Notes: generated by a model from the letters alone, not told the origin. A stretch of DNA of 64,000 nt from Candidatus Hydrogenedentota bacterium (GCA_045863335.1 BTVY01000043.1:1-64000), one strand, 5' to 3'; numbered from the stretch's first letter, positions 42,830 to 53,118 are shown. Numbers and translations are program-made.

Positions 42830-43005
42830 TCATGGGCTGGAAGCCCATGACTTGTTGAATCACGGCCTGGAAGGCCGTGGCACCTCGAATCACGGGCTGG
42901 AAGCCACGTGGCACCTCGAATCACGGGCTGGAAGCCACGTGGCACCTCGAATCATGGGCTGGAAGCCGCGTGGCACCTCGGCACCTCGAATCGGGGGCTG
43001 GAAGG
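42830..43005. repeat. Tandem array of ~30-31-bp palindromic REP-like units (TCACGGGCTGGAAGCC(A)CGTGGCACCTCGAA), about 6 copies
   Basis: Read directly; no unique spacers. Confidence 0.9.
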
Positions 43006-43020
43006 GTAGTTGAAGAAGGA

Positions 43021-43061
43021 GCGGGCGGGAACCGCTGTGGTACCGGTTCCCGCCCGCCTTT
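43021..43061. terminator. Hairpin terminator between convergent genes
   Basis: 14-bp perfect stem GCGGGCGGGAACCG/CGGTTCCCGCCCGC. Confidence 0.75.
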
Positions 43062-43085
43062 AATCCGAGCTGGAGCGTGTCGGGA

Positions 43086-44063
43086 TTAGCCAGCCATCCA
43101 TTTGACGGCGTTGGCGAAATACTGGTTCATCGGAAAATCGCCGTCGGGGCTGTATTTCTCGAAGCTAACGTGGCCATCCATGTAGAGGACGTTGCTTCCT
43201 CCCGGCACGTGATTGAATTCACCGGCACCGTTCGGATCAATATTAACAATGTCCCACATCACACGGATTTCACTTTGCGCTTTTGCTGAACCGGCGGGAT
43301 TGTTGATATCGGTGATAAGATAGCGCTCGACACCTTCGCGGAATCGTGCGATCTCATCTCCGCCCGCGGTTCCGAAAGGCGCACCAACATCGAGCGGCTC
43401 GTCAAGTCCTTCTACGGCGGCGACCGGATCCGCTGGAGGCGCGCCGGTGGCGAGAGTTATTAGTGAGTCACTTGCCGTTGGGACTACGGCCTTAGGTGCG
43501 AGCTGCAGGAACGCAAGGTATACTTGAGTCGGGATATCGTACGCTCCATTACCTATGCTCATCGCTGCTGTAGTGGGATCATCGCCGTCCGACTGATCGA
43601 AAATCCATCCGAGGTACAGGTAGCTCTCGTCGCCATTTGTAGGAAGGCCTGCGTACAGACAGCCATCCGCGATAATCCGGAGATCTGTATCCGGATCCGA
43701 GGGACACTTGTTCACGTTAAAGTCCGTCAGGTACTCCGGATAAACATCCGCGGCGTTGAATGTGAAATTGGAGTCATCGTTGGCACTGTCCTGGCACGCC
43801 GCACCTCCGAGGTCCGCCTTGTCAAGGCCGGCGGCGTAGTATATCTGAAGACCTTGCGCACGCGGCCATTTCTCCCCCTTGCTTTCATTCGCGTACATCT
43901 TGAAGACGATGCCCATTTGTTTGAGGTTGTTTTGGCAACTGGCGCGGCGGGCGGCTTCGCGGGCGCGGGCCAGTGCGGGCAGCAGGATTGCCGCCAGGAT
44001 TCCGATGATTGCGATGACGACGAGCAATTCGATTAAGGTAAACCCACTTCTTGATTGCTTCAT
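43086..44063 (-). CDS. DUF1559 / prepilin-type N-terminal methylation, H-X9-DG domain protein
   Basis: [49 protein letters not shown]. Confidence 0.95.
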   Translation of the reverse strand: MKQSRSGFTLIELLVVIAIIGILAAILLPALARAREAARRASCQNNLKQMGIVFKMYANESKGEKWPRAQGLQIYYAAGLDKADLGGAACQDSANDDSNFTFNAADVYPEYLTDFNVNKCPSDPDTDLRIIADGCLYAGLPTNGDESYLYLGWIFDQSDGDDPTTAAMSIGNGAYDIPTQVYLAFLQLAPKAVVPTASDSLITLATGAPPADPVAAVEGLDEPLDVGAPFGTAGGDEIARFREGVERYLITDINNPAGSAKAQSEIRVMWDIVNIDPNGAGEFNHVPGGSNVLYMDGHVSFEKYSPDGDFPMNQYFANAVKWMAG

Positions 44064-44308
44064 GATGCTTGTCTCCTCAGGCTTTTGTTACTTCACACAC
44101 CCACAGAATGAATCCGTACCTTGACCCATGCGAGGAACGGCCCATGGAAGCCCTGAGGAACACATCGCGCTACGGTTCCGAGTCGCCCCGACCTGCCCCG
44201 GTGGAGAACCCATCCCCCCCTGACTCGGGAATGGGCGGCCCCTTGCAGCGAACGCGCTCTTCAAGAAAATTGGTTTACCGCCACCATGCAGCCAACCTTG
44301 CAAAGAGC

Positions 44309-44337
44309 AGTCTATCCCAAAAGGTGCATTTTGTCTA
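44309..44337 (-). promoter_or_regulatory. sigma70-type promoter candidate
   Basis: TAGACA-17 bp-TAGACT on the minus strand. Confidence 0.5.
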
Positions 44338-44630
44338 CCCCTAGACAGCAGTGATTTGCAGGGATTTCCGGAATTCCTACTGAACATTCGTTAAGCGGCG
44401 CGTCAACAGGGGGTTGCGCGAGCGTGCGTGGAAGTAGGACGGGAATGATTCCCGTCCAGGGGGAGGAAGTGGGGTTTGTGCGTACAGACGAATTGAATTT
44501 CGGCAGAGAGATGGCGCGCGGTAGGCGGATGTAGCGCAGGCGTCCTCGCCTGCATTCTGCGCATCCGGTTGGTCGTTCCTCCTCAACTCGTGGTCAAAAT
44601 GATAAACGCCAGCGCGCGTGGCGGTTCTTC

Positions 44631-44734
44631 CGCCCCCATTCGGGGGCTGTGCGGTGGTGGTGGGCACTTGACCCGGGGTTCCGCTCGTGCCTCGCTCCAC
44701 CCGGGGCTACAGTTGAGTCGCCCCATCCGGGGCT
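44631..44734. repeat. Three-hairpin REP-like element, copy 3
   Basis: Shares TTCCGCTCGTGCCTCGCTCCA loop and outer GCCCC/GGGGC hairpins. Confidence 0.85.
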
Positions 44735-44965
44735 GCCTTAGGACCCCGGCCACCGCGTTGGGCGTAGCGTGGGGTATGGCGAGTCGTGGGTAGAAGCTTT
44801 GTAGCGCCCGGCTTCCACGCCGGGCGAGACTCGAAGCCGCGGAGGTGCGAGGAAAACGCGCCCGCCGTGGAAGGCGGGACGCTACAGTTCCGGTCAGGGT
44901 AGTCGAGGGCTCCGATTTGGGGTGGTCGTTGGGGGCCTGGTTTCGGAGAATGGGTTGGACGGGAG

Positions 44966-45952
44966 TTATTCCCGACCTACGGGGGGGAAGCCTAGGGTTT
45001 CTCGGACGGTGTAGGTGGCTTTGCGTTGGCTTTCGTAGTAGGTGCGGACGTTGATTTCGCCGAGGAGGCCCATGCCGATGAGTTGGAGGCCGCCCAGCAT
45101 GAGCAGGATGGCGAGGTAGAGCCAGGGGGTGTCGGTCATGTCCTGGTGGGGCGGGAAGATTTTGAAGACGACGGAGAGGGTACCCGCGGCGAATCCGCCG
45201 AGCAGCGAGTAGATGCCGAAGCGGCCGAAGACTTGCATCGGCTTGGTCGAGTAGGAGAGCAGGAATTTGACGGTCATGAGGTCGAGGATGACGCGGAGCG
45301 TGCGGCTGATGCCGTATTTGGAGGTGCCGAACTTGCGGGGGCGATGGTTCACGGGGATCTCGGTGACGCGGGCGCCGGCCCAGTGGGCAAGTGCGGGGAG
45401 GAAGCGGTGCATCTCGCCGTAGAGTTGCAGGTGTTCGGCAATCTCGCGGCGGTAGGCCTTTAGCGTGCAACCGTAGTCGTGGAGCTTGACGCTGGTGCTC
45501 CAGGAAATCAACCGGTTCGCCACGATAGACGGGAACCGGCGCGACAGAAGCCGGTCCTGCCGGGATTTCCGCCAGCCGCTGACGACGTCGTAGCCCTCTT
45601 CGAGTTTCGCGAGGAGGGCGTGGATGTCGGCGGGGTCGTTCTGGAGATCGGCGTCCATGGGGACCATGACATCGCCGCGCGCGACGGCGAACCCGGCGGC
45701 CAACGCGGCGGTCTGGCCGTAGTTGCGGCGAAAGCGGATGACGCGGGTGGTCCCGGGATGGGCCTCGTGGAGTTCGCGGCAGATGTCAAAGGAGCCGTCT
45801 TCGCTGCCGTCATCGACGAGGATGATCTCGCCGCCGCGGCCGCCGAGGCCGGTCAGGGCGTCGAGCAATTCGGCGTGGAGGGGGCGCAGGGATTCTTCCT
45901 CGTTGTACACGGGGATGAGGATGGAAACGTATGGCGCGGGGTTCGTTGTCAT
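44966..45952 (-). CDS. GT2 polyprenyl-phosphate glycosyltransferase (ArnC/Dpm1-like)
   Basis: IPVYNEE, VDDGS, NYGQTAA, MDADLQNDP, two C-terminal TMs. Confidence 0.93.
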   Translation of the reverse strand: MTTNPAPYVSILIPVYNEEESLRPLHAELLDALTGLGGRGGEIILVDDGSEDGSFDICRELHEAHPGTTRVIRFRRNYGQTAALAAGFAVARGDVMVPMDADLQNDPADIHALLAKLEEGYDVVSGWRKSRQDRLLSRRFPSIVANRLISWSTSVKLHDYGCTLKAYRREIAEHLQLYGEMHRFLPALAHWAGARVTEIPVNHRPRKFGTSKYGISRTLRVILDLMTVKFLLSYSTKPMQVFGRFGIYSLLGGFAAGTLSVVFKIFPPHQDMTDTPWLYLAILLMLGGLQLIGMGLLGEINVRTYYESQRKATYTVRETLGFPPVGRE

Positions 45953-45996
45953 GCTGAGGGCATACGGTAGCAGAAGCCGGGCGGGGCTGCAAAGTT

Positions 45997-46101
45997 AGGC
46001 TGGAGGCTGGAGGCTGGAGGCGGGAGGAAGAACACGGACTTACACGGACACACACGGACACACACGGACTTACACGGACACACACGGACACACACGGACA
46101 C
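45997..46101. repeat. AGGCTGG heptamers followed by seven ACACGGAC[TT/AC] decamers
   Basis: Counted directly. Confidence 0.9.
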
Positions 46102-46134
46102 ACCGTGCTTTGTCGAACACTCACGGTTTTCCGG

Positions 46135-47199
46135 TTAGCGGTCTTTGTAGAGTCTTCGGATGTCTTTGCTGATTCGTTTCCATTTGGCTTGTTCCTGGGC
46201 TTGGAGGTGGCGGTCTTGTTTGCGGGCGAGGTAGTTGAGTTCGCGGCGAAGCTTTAAGAAGCTCTCCCAACGGTCGGGGGCGAGGCGGCCGTCGTCCACT
46301 GCGGCGCGGACGGCGCAGCCAGGTTCGGATTCGTGGGTGCAGTCGCGGAACTTGCAGGCGGCCGCGAGTTGCGCCACATCGTCGAAGGCGCGGTCGAGGG
46401 AATCCTCGTCGGCGAGGAGTTGGAGTTCGCGCATGCCCGGGGTGTCGATGACCATGCCGCCGCCCGGGGCGAGAATGAGTTCGCGGTGGGTGGTGGTGTG
46501 GCGTCCGCGGCTGTCGTCTTCGCGGACGGCGCTGGTTCGTTGGCGGCCTTGGCCGAGAAGAGCATTGACGAGGGTCGACTTGCCGACGCCGGAGGAACCG
46601 AGCAGGGCGAGGGTGCGGCCGGGTTTCATGAGGGCGCGGAGGGCGTCCAGGCCTTCGCCAGAAACTGCGCTGACGGCGATGGTGTCGACGCCGGGGGCGA
46701 CGGACTCCACTTCGGAGATTCGGGAGGGAACGTCCGGGCAGAGGTCGGACTTGTTGAGGATTACGACGGGCGTGGCGCCACTTTCCCAGGCGAGGGTGAC
46801 GTAGCGTTCGATGCGGCGCGGATTGAAATCGCCGTCGAGGCCGGAGACCAGGAGCACGAAATCGACGTTGGCCGCGACGACTTGCGCCTCGGACACGTTG
46901 CCCGCGGCGCGGCGTGTGAATGCGCTTCGGCGCGGCAAGACGGCGTCGATCACGGCGAGTTGGCCGTCGCCGTGGGGGCGGAGGGCCACCCAGTCGCCGA
47001 CGGCGGGTAGTTCTTCGCGCGTGAGGGCGGCGTTGCGGAGGCGTCCCGAGAGTACGGCGGGTGATTCGGCCGTAGCGCTCAGGACGGTGTATTGGCCCCG
47101 TTGCTCTTCGATGACGCGCGCCGGTTCGAGGCTGTTGGTCCGGTGCGGTTCAAACTGCTGGTCGAAGGTATCGTTCCAACCCAAATCTTCTAAACGCAT
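46135..47199 (-). CDS. rsgA: Ribosome small subunit-dependent GTPase A
   Basis: AVGDWV, NKSD, GSSGVGKST, GRHTTT, DTPG, CKFRDCTHESEPGC. Confidence 0.96.
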   Translation of the reverse strand: MRLEDLGWNDTFDQQFEPHRTNSLEPARVIEEQRGQYTVLSATAESPAVLSGRLRNAALTREELPAVGDWVALRPHGDGQLAVIDAVLPRRSAFTRRAAGNVSEAQVVAANVDFVLLVSGLDGDFNPRRIERYVTLAWESGATPVVILNKSDLCPDVPSRISEVESVAPGVDTIAVSAVSGEGLDALRALMKPGRTLALLGSSGVGKSTLVNALLGQGRQRTSAVREDDSRGRHTTTHRELILAPGGGMVIDTPGMRELQLLADEDSLDRAFDDVAQLAAACKFRDCTHESEPGCAVRAAVDDGRLAPDRWESFLKLRRELNYLARKQDRHLQAQEQAKWKRISKDIRRLYKDR

Positions 47200-47281
47200 G
47201 ATGGGGTTCAATATTGTTTGCGCGGTCGCCGTTGTTAAGGTTAGGCCCAAGCGTACGCTGCGATATGCGCACTTGGCCGTA

Positions 47282-48694
47282 TCATGCGCCGATGAGTTTG
47301 GGATTGAAAGCGCCTTCGTTGATGGTGGGGCGTTCCATGCGGCCGCGGTGGTCGTAGGTGAGTTGCATGTTGTCGAGGCCGAGGAGCCAGAGGATGGAGG
47401 CGTGGATGTCGTGGACGTGCATTTTGTCCTCGACCGCGTAGAGTCCGAGGTCGTCCGTCGCGCCGATAACTTGGCCGCCTTTCACGCCGCCGCCCGCCAT
47501 CCACATGGTGAATCCGGTCGGGTTGTGATCGCGGCCATCGCCCTTCTCGCTCATGGGGGTGCGCCCGAACTCGCCGCCCCAAACTACGAGCGTTTCGTCG
47601 AGGAGACCGCGCTGCTTGAGGTCCTTTAGCAGGCCTGCGACCGGCTTGTCCATGGAACGGCAGAGCTTCGCGTGCTCGTCTTCGATGTGGGAATGGGAGT
47701 CCCATTTGCTGCCGGTGCCGCTGTAGAGCTGGACGAATCGTACGCCCCGTTCCACGAGCCGCCGCGCGAGCAGGCAGTTCCGTCCGAAGGTGGCGGTCTC
47801 TTCCTGATCGATGCCGTATAACTGTTGGATGGCGGGGGACTCGTTGGCCATGTCCACGGCGGTGGGCGCTTCGGCCTGCATGCGAAAGGCGAGTTCGTAG
47901 CTGCGGATACGGGCTTCGAGTTCGCTCTGTTGCATGCGGGATTCCGCGTGTTCGCGGTTGAAGGCGTTGATGAGTTCGAGTTTCACTTGCTGCCGGGCGG
48001 ATGAGTGGCCTTCGGGGAGGGCGAGATTCGGGATGGGCTCGTCGCCGCCGCTGATGCGGACGCCCTGGTACGAGGCGGGGATGAACCCGCTGCCCCAGTT
48101 GCGGGGACCGTTTACGGGACGGCCCTTGTTGTCGCAGAGTACGACGAAGGAGGGGAGATTCTGGTTTTCCGCGCCGAGGCCGTAGTTGACCCAGGCGCCG
48201 AGGGAGGGGCGGCCCGCGACGTTGGTGCACGTGTTCATCTGGCATACGCCGCCGGCGTGGTTGATGCCGTTGGTCCAACAGGAGCGGATCACCGCGATGT
48301 CGTCGAGGCATTCGCCGATGTTGGGGATCCAGTCCGAGGCCCAGAGTCCGCTTTCGCCATATTGTTTCCATTCCCGCGGTGAGGCGAGGAGGGGCGCGCC
48401 TTTCTCGCCCATGGCGGTGATGGGTTCGTCGAAACTGGGCGGGAGTGGTTTCCCGGCGAGTTCGTTGAGGAGAGGTTTGCGGTCGAGGAGATCGAGATGG
48501 CTCGGGCCGCCTTCCATGAAGAGGAAGATGACGCTCTTCGCGCGGGGCTGGTGGTGCGGCCACACGGGAGCGATGGCCTGCGCGGAGTCCTGACCGAGCA
48601 GCCAGCTCAATGCCAGCGCGCCGAATCCCGCGCCGGTGCGTTGCAGAAATTCCCGGCGCGTGCCCGGGATGGTGTGATGTGGTTGGTTAATCAC
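47282..48694 (-). CDS. DUF1501 domain protein (Tat signal)
   Basis: TRREFL, GGPSHLD, LARRLVERGVRFVQ, WDSH, GEFGRTP, GRDH. Confidence 0.93.
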   Translation of the reverse strand: MINQPHHTIPGTRREFLQRTGAGFGALALSWLLGQDSAQAIAPVWPHHQPRAKSVIFLFMEGGPSHLDLLDRKPLLNELAGKPLPPSFDEPITAMGEKGAPLLASPREWKQYGESGLWASDWIPNIGECLDDIAVIRSCWTNGINHAGGVCQMNTCTNVAGRPSLGAWVNYGLGAENQNLPSFVVLCDNKGRPVNGPRNWGSGFIPASYQGVRISGGDEPIPNLALPEGHSSARQQVKLELINAFNREHAESRMQQSELEARIRSYELAFRMQAEAPTAVDMANESPAIQQLYGIDQEETATFGRNCLLARRLVERGVRFVQLYSGTGSKWDSHSHIEDEHAKLCRSMDKPVAGLLKDLKQRGLLDETLVVWGGEFGRTPMSEKGDGRDHNPTGFTMWMAGGGVKGGQVIGATDDLGLYAVEDKMHVHDIHASILWLLGLDNMQLTYDHRGRMERPTINEGAFNPKLIGA

Positions 48695-48728
48695 GTCGTC
48701 GCTCCTGGTCCGTATGCGATGTCTCTAC

Positions 48729-48828
48729 CGCCCCGTCCGGGGCTCGGTGAGTATTTGGGTCCATGTACCCGGGGTTCCGCTCGTGCCTCGCTCCACCCCG
48801 GGCTACCATCTTTCGCCCCTTCGGGGCT
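48729..48828. repeat. Three-hairpin REP-like element, copy 4
   Basis: CCCGGGG..CCCCGGG central stem, same loop. Confidence 0.85.
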
Positions 48829-49137
48829 GAGCTTCGCGCGGGCCTGTATCCTGTCCGGGCGGTATCCGCTGGGGACGATGGCCGTCGGGGCTGGCGGACT
48901 CTTCTGGCTTGGGCGTCCTCGCCCAAGAGATTCGGAGCCGTACCCCACACAGGTTCCGGATGAAAACCTTGGGTGAGACATACAAGCCAGTCTTGGGCTC
49001 TTGTCTTTTCTTCTGGTTCCATACTCTGTGGTACTCACGTTCAGAATTTGGAAGTCCTATCGTGTACTCGAATTCGACCGTTTTTCATCCTTTGGGCAAG
49101 CAACGGGCGGGACGCCCGTTGTCCTTAGCAATTCTTA

Positions 49138-49281
49138 ATTCGGTGGAAATCTGTGCAATCTGTGGACCGCTAGAATCTTTTCTTCATCTGCGCTAATCTG
49201 CGCCATCTGCGGGCGCATTCCTCTATTCCTGTTTTGGTCATTCGAATTTTGGATTTGTTTCGAAATTCGGATTTCGGATTT
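49138..49281. repeat. ATCTG[CT]G-type and TTTCGGA-type short repeat tracts
   Basis: AATCTGTGCAATCTGTGG, CATCTGCGCTAATCTGCGCCATCTGCGG, TTCGGATTTCGGATTT. Confidence 0.7.
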
Positions 49282-49286
49282 GTTTC

Positions 49287-51788
49287 TCAGTCCATATACA
49301 GAAATTCACTGGAATTGATTAGGACGTGACACAGGTCTGTCAGTTTCTCGTGTGCGATTTCCGGCCATGCTACGTCGACATTCTCCCGCACGAAACTTCG
49401 CGCGCGGACCATTTCGGGGTAGGTGGGTTCGCGGCCCCAGGTGAGGCGGAAGGCTTGCGCGAGTTTCTGTTCCCGGGTTTCGTATCCGCCGTTCGCGATG
49501 CGCTCCGCCATGGTGGCCGACCGCGCAAGGGGGTATTCGCCGTTGATGAGCAGCAAGGCCTGCAGCGGCGTCGTCGTGATATTGCGTTGCGACACGCTCG
49601 TTAGGCCCGCCGCGGCGTCGAAGGCGTGCAGGAGTTCGTTCGGCGAGTTGCGGAAGACTTTTACATAGAGGGCGCGCCGTGGTTCGTTCGCGTCCACACT
49701 GGGACCGCCGATGGTGCAATCGAGTTCGCCGCTGGCCAGGAGGACGGCGTCGCGGATCTGCTCCGCCTTGAGCCGGCGCACGCGCGCGCGCCAGAGGAGT
49801 TCTTCGGCGGGATCCTTCGCCTGATACTCGGCGGCGCGGGGGTGGATGGCCGACTGCTGCCACGTGGCGGACATGAGGATCATCTTGTGGATGGGTTTGA
49901 AGTGCCAGCCGTTTTCGATGAAGGTGGCCGTGAGCCAGTCCAGCAACTCGGGGTGCGTGGGCTTTTCGCCGAGGCGGCCGAAATCGCTGGCCGTGAGCAC
50001 GATGCCTTGTCCGAAATGCTGTTGCCAGATGCGATTCACGATGACGCGCGTGGTGAGCGGATTGTTCGCGTCGGCGATCCATTCGGCGAGCGCCGTGCGG
50101 CGGCCTGTGGAGTCCGGCACCTCTGGAAGTTCCAGGCCCGAAGCGCCGGGCGGTTCCATCACCTTGAGAAAGCCGGGCGGGATAGGCGTCTTTGTTGCGT
50201 CGCCTGGAATGACCGTCGGCGACACCTCGCCCGGGAAATCCGCGGCGGTCATTAATGCGGGCAAGGGTTCGGGTTTCAGGCTGTCAAACTCGGCGAGCTT
50301 CACGAGGAGCGCGTCGTAGGCGGCCTTGTCATCGGCTGTCATGCTCTTGAGGGCAGGCTCGCCTTCTTCCTCAAACTGACGCCCGATGAGGTAGGCCATC
50401 TGGTGGTCCCAGGAATTGCGTTCCTCGACGGGCGTGTGGAAGCAGTCCTGGATGTCGAGCGGGAACTTGTCGACCGTCGAGTCCCATTTGCGGTCGTAGT
50501 AGGGTTTGCACAACGCGTCGAGTTGCGCGCGGACGTCCGCCGCCGCGGCTTCCCACTCGGTCTGCTGGTGCTGCCACGTGGCCTTTTCCGCGTCGGTTGC
50601 GCCGACGATATCGTCCCGCCAGATGATGGGTTCGAAGAAGGCGCGCAAGCGGAAGTAGTCCTTTTGCAGGATCGGATCGAACTTGTGGTCGTGACACCGG
50701 CTGCACGCCATGGAGAGTCCGAGGAACACGTCGCCCGCGACATCCGTCGTCTCGTTCATGATGTCGTTCCAGTGGCCCTTGGCGTCGCGCTGGTTGTACT
50801 CATAGATGCCGAGACGCAGGAAACCGGTGGCCACGAGTTGCGCGGGATCGTCGCCGGGCATCTCGTCGCCCGCGAGTTGTTCGCGCACGAACTGGGGATA
50901 GGGCTTGTCGCTGTTGAACGAATCCACCACGTAGTCGCGGTAGCGCCAGATGTGCGGACGGTACGAGTCCTTGTTCCACCCGTCCGACTCCGCGTAGCGA
51001 ACGAGGTCGAGCCAGAAGCGGGCCCAGTGTTCGCCGTAACGGGGATCAGCCAGCAGCGAATCGACCAGGTTTTCGTAAGCGTCCGGCGAGGGGTCGTTGA
51101 CGAAGGCCTCGACTTCCGCAGGCGTCGGCGGCATGCCTACCACGTCGAAGTAGAGGCGGCGAACGAGCTTTTCTTTGGTCGCGCGTGGCGCTGGGGTCAT
51201 GTCCGCGTCGCGCAGCCGCGCATAGACGAAGCGATCGATGGCGTTGCGCGACCACGTGTCGCCGTCGCGCGCGGGAACCTCCGGTTTGACCACGGGCTGA
51301 AAGGCCCACCAAGCGCGGTCCGCGTCGGTGATGAGGTCGGTCACTTCACGAACGGGTTCGCCGTGCTCGGGCCAAGTTGCGCCCGCCGCGATCCAGGCAG
51401 TCAGGTATTCGACTTCCGTGCCGGAAAGCGGCGCGTCCGGCGGCATCTCCAGGCCTTCATAGCGGATGGCTTCCGCCATCAAACTCGCATCCACGTCGCC
51501 CGGCACCACGGCCGCGCCGGTGTCGCCGCCGAGCAGCATGGCCTCGCGGGAATCGAGCCGGAGCCCGCTCTTCTGGCGCGACTCGCCGTGGCACTTCACA
51601 CATTTCGTCGCGAGGATGGGCCGGACGTGAGTCTCGAAAAAGGCGTCAGAATTCGGAGCGGGCGCTTCGGCATTGGCGGAATTGGCAGAAAGAAGGACGA
51701 AGACTACCGCGAACCAGCAGCCAATTGATAAGGCAACGTTCAACCCGAGGCCGCGCAAACGGCCCGTTACGGTATGCAATTCATGCAT
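49287..51788 (-). CDS. Planctomycete cytochrome c + DUF1549 + DUF1553 (PSD1-type) protein
   Basis: CVKCH, CSRCH(DHKFDPI), WLDLVRYAES, VNRIWQQHFG, PTHPELLDWL. Confidence 0.92.
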   Translation of the reverse strand: MHELHTVTGRLRGLGLNVALSIGCWFAVVFVLLSANSANAEAPAPNSDAFFETHVRPILATKCVKCHGESRQKSGLRLDSREAMLLGGDTGAAVVPGDVDASLMAEAIRYEGLEMPPDAPLSGTEVEYLTAWIAAGATWPEHGEPVREVTDLITDADRAWWAFQPVVKPEVPARDGDTWSRNAIDRFVYARLRDADMTPAPRATKEKLVRRLYFDVVGMPPTPAEVEAFVNDPSPDAYENLVDSLLADPRYGEHWARFWLDLVRYAESDGWNKDSYRPHIWRYRDYVVDSFNSDKPYPQFVREQLAGDEMPGDDPAQLVATGFLRLGIYEYNQRDAKGHWNDIMNETTDVAGDVFLGLSMACSRCHDHKFDPILQKDYFRLRAFFEPIIWRDDIVGATDAEKATWQHQQTEWEAAAADVRAQLDALCKPYYDRKWDSTVDKFPLDIQDCFHTPVEERNSWDHQMAYLIGRQFEEEGEPALKSMTADDKAAYDALLVKLAEFDSLKPEPLPALMTAADFPGEVSPTVIPGDATKTPIPPGFLKVMEPPGASGLELPEVPDSTGRRTALAEWIADANNPLTTRVIVNRIWQQHFGQGIVLTASDFGRLGEKPTHPELLDWLTATFIENGWHFKPIHKMILMSATWQQSAIHPRAAEYQAKDPAEELLWRARVRRLKAEQIRDAVLLASGELDCTIGGPSVDANEPRRALYVKVFRNSPNELLHAFDAAAGLTSVSQRNITTTPLQALLLINGEYPLARSATMAERIANGGYETREQKLAQAFRLTWGREPTYPEMVRARSFVRENVDVAWPEIAHEKLTDLCHVLINSSEFLYMD

Positions 51789-51940
51789 AAGGCAGAGTGT
51801 TTCCTGACAAGTAAATCCGCTCTGCTGTCCAGCCTAGACCAGTAAGGGCCAGTATACCGGTCATGAGGTGGTGTGACAAATCGGCGTATACCCCAATCAC
51901 GTGCAGCGGGAGCGGTCTTATGGCACCATAGACGGAAGCC

Positions 51941-51995
51941 AAATTCGAAATCCGAAGCACGAAATCCGAAACAAATTCGAATGCCCAAAATTCGA
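51941..51995. repeat. AAATCCG/AAATTCG heptamer tract
   Basis: Reverse complement of the 40859 and 49238 tracts. Confidence 0.75.
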
Positions 51996-52098
51996 AAAGA
52001 ACGCGGAGAATACGGTTAAGCTTTTTTTACGAGACAATGCGAAAGTTCCTTGCGCCTGTGTCGGATACGGACCCAGAGGAAGAAGGAGTTGTCTTTGT

Positions 52099-53118
52099 AT
52101 GACCGGCAATCATGCGAATCGTTCATTCATTGCTGCGGGAGTACTTTCCGTTGTTCTGGTTCTCGCGTCGACGCGCGCCGATGCTGCTGAGGGATCGCGA
52201 GAACCTGCCGGGGGCGCTTGGGCGGGGGAACGGTATCGGGTCATCGTGTCGACGGATATTGGCGGGTCTGATAACGACGACTACCAGTCCATGGTGCACT
52301 TCCTCATGTACGCCGATGTGTTCGATGTGGAAGGACTGATTTCCTCGCCGCCGCATGCGGGCCGGGCGGAGCATATCCACCTTGTTCTCGATGCGTATGA
52401 GCAGGATTTTCCGAGCCTGAGCAAACACGCCGACTTTCCGACGGCGGACGCGTTGCGGGGCGTGGTGAAGCAGGGCGCGGTTGACGCGGCGCCTGCCGAA
52501 GGCTTCAGCCAAGCGACGGAAGGATCGCGTTGGATGGTCGAACGGGCGAAGGCGGGCGATCCGCGGCCTTTGTACGTCATCGTCTGGGGTTCGATCACCG
52601 ACGTGGCGCAGGCGGTGCACGACGCGCCGGAGATTAAGGACAAGCTGCGCGTTTATTCCATTGGCTCCTGGAACACGCACATGGATCGCGCCGCCCGTGA
52701 TTACCTCTTCCGCGAACACACCGACCTGTGGTGGGTGGAATCTGACACGACGTTTCGCGGTATGTATGTGGGCGGCAAACAGGACGGGGATTTGGGGAAC
52801 AAAACATTCCTTGATGCCCATGTGCGAGGGCACGGCGCGCTCGGCGACTTCCTGGTCGAGAAGCTGGACGCGATCAAGATGGGCGACACGCCGTCGGTGC
52901 TGTACCTGCTCGCCGGCGACCCCGCGGATCCTACGGCTGCGCACTGGGGAGGCCAGTATGTGAAGACGGACCACGGCCCCCACTACTGGACCGATTCGAC
53001 GGATCCCGAACTGGCCGAGGGCAAATATCCCGGCGCAAAGACCGTGAACATGTGGCGCGAAGAGTATCTAAAAGACTGGCGCGACAGAATGAATTGGCTT
53101 CAAATAGGTCGGGAATGA
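52099..53118 (+). CDS. Nucleoside hydrolase-like (DUF1593) protein, secreted
   Basis: STDIGGSDNDDYQS, VWGS, MGDTPS; signal peptide. Confidence 0.82.
   Translation: MTGNHANRSFIAAGVLSVVLVLASTRADAAEGSREPAGGAWAGERYRVIVSTDIGGSDNDDYQSMVHFLMYADVFDVEGLISSPPHAGRAEHIHLVLDAYEQDFPSLSKHADFPTADALRGVVKQGAVDAAPAEGFSQATEGSRWMVERAKAGDPRPLYVIVWGSITDVAQAVHDAPEIKDKLRVYSIGSWNTHMDRAARDYLFREHTDLWWVESDTTFRGMYVGGKQDGDLGNKTFLDAHVRGHGALGDFLVEKLDAIKMGDTPSVLYLLAGDPADPTAAHWGGQYVKTDHGPHYWTDSTDPELAEGKYPGAKTVNMWREEYLKDWRDRMNWLQIGRE

Noticed and set aside
42830-43005. Possible CRISPR array
   Set aside because: Units are head-to-tail with no unique spacers and no cas genes nearby
48687-49196. Short ORFs between PSD1 and DUF1501 genes
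   Set aside because: Overlap repeat elements and show no family motif
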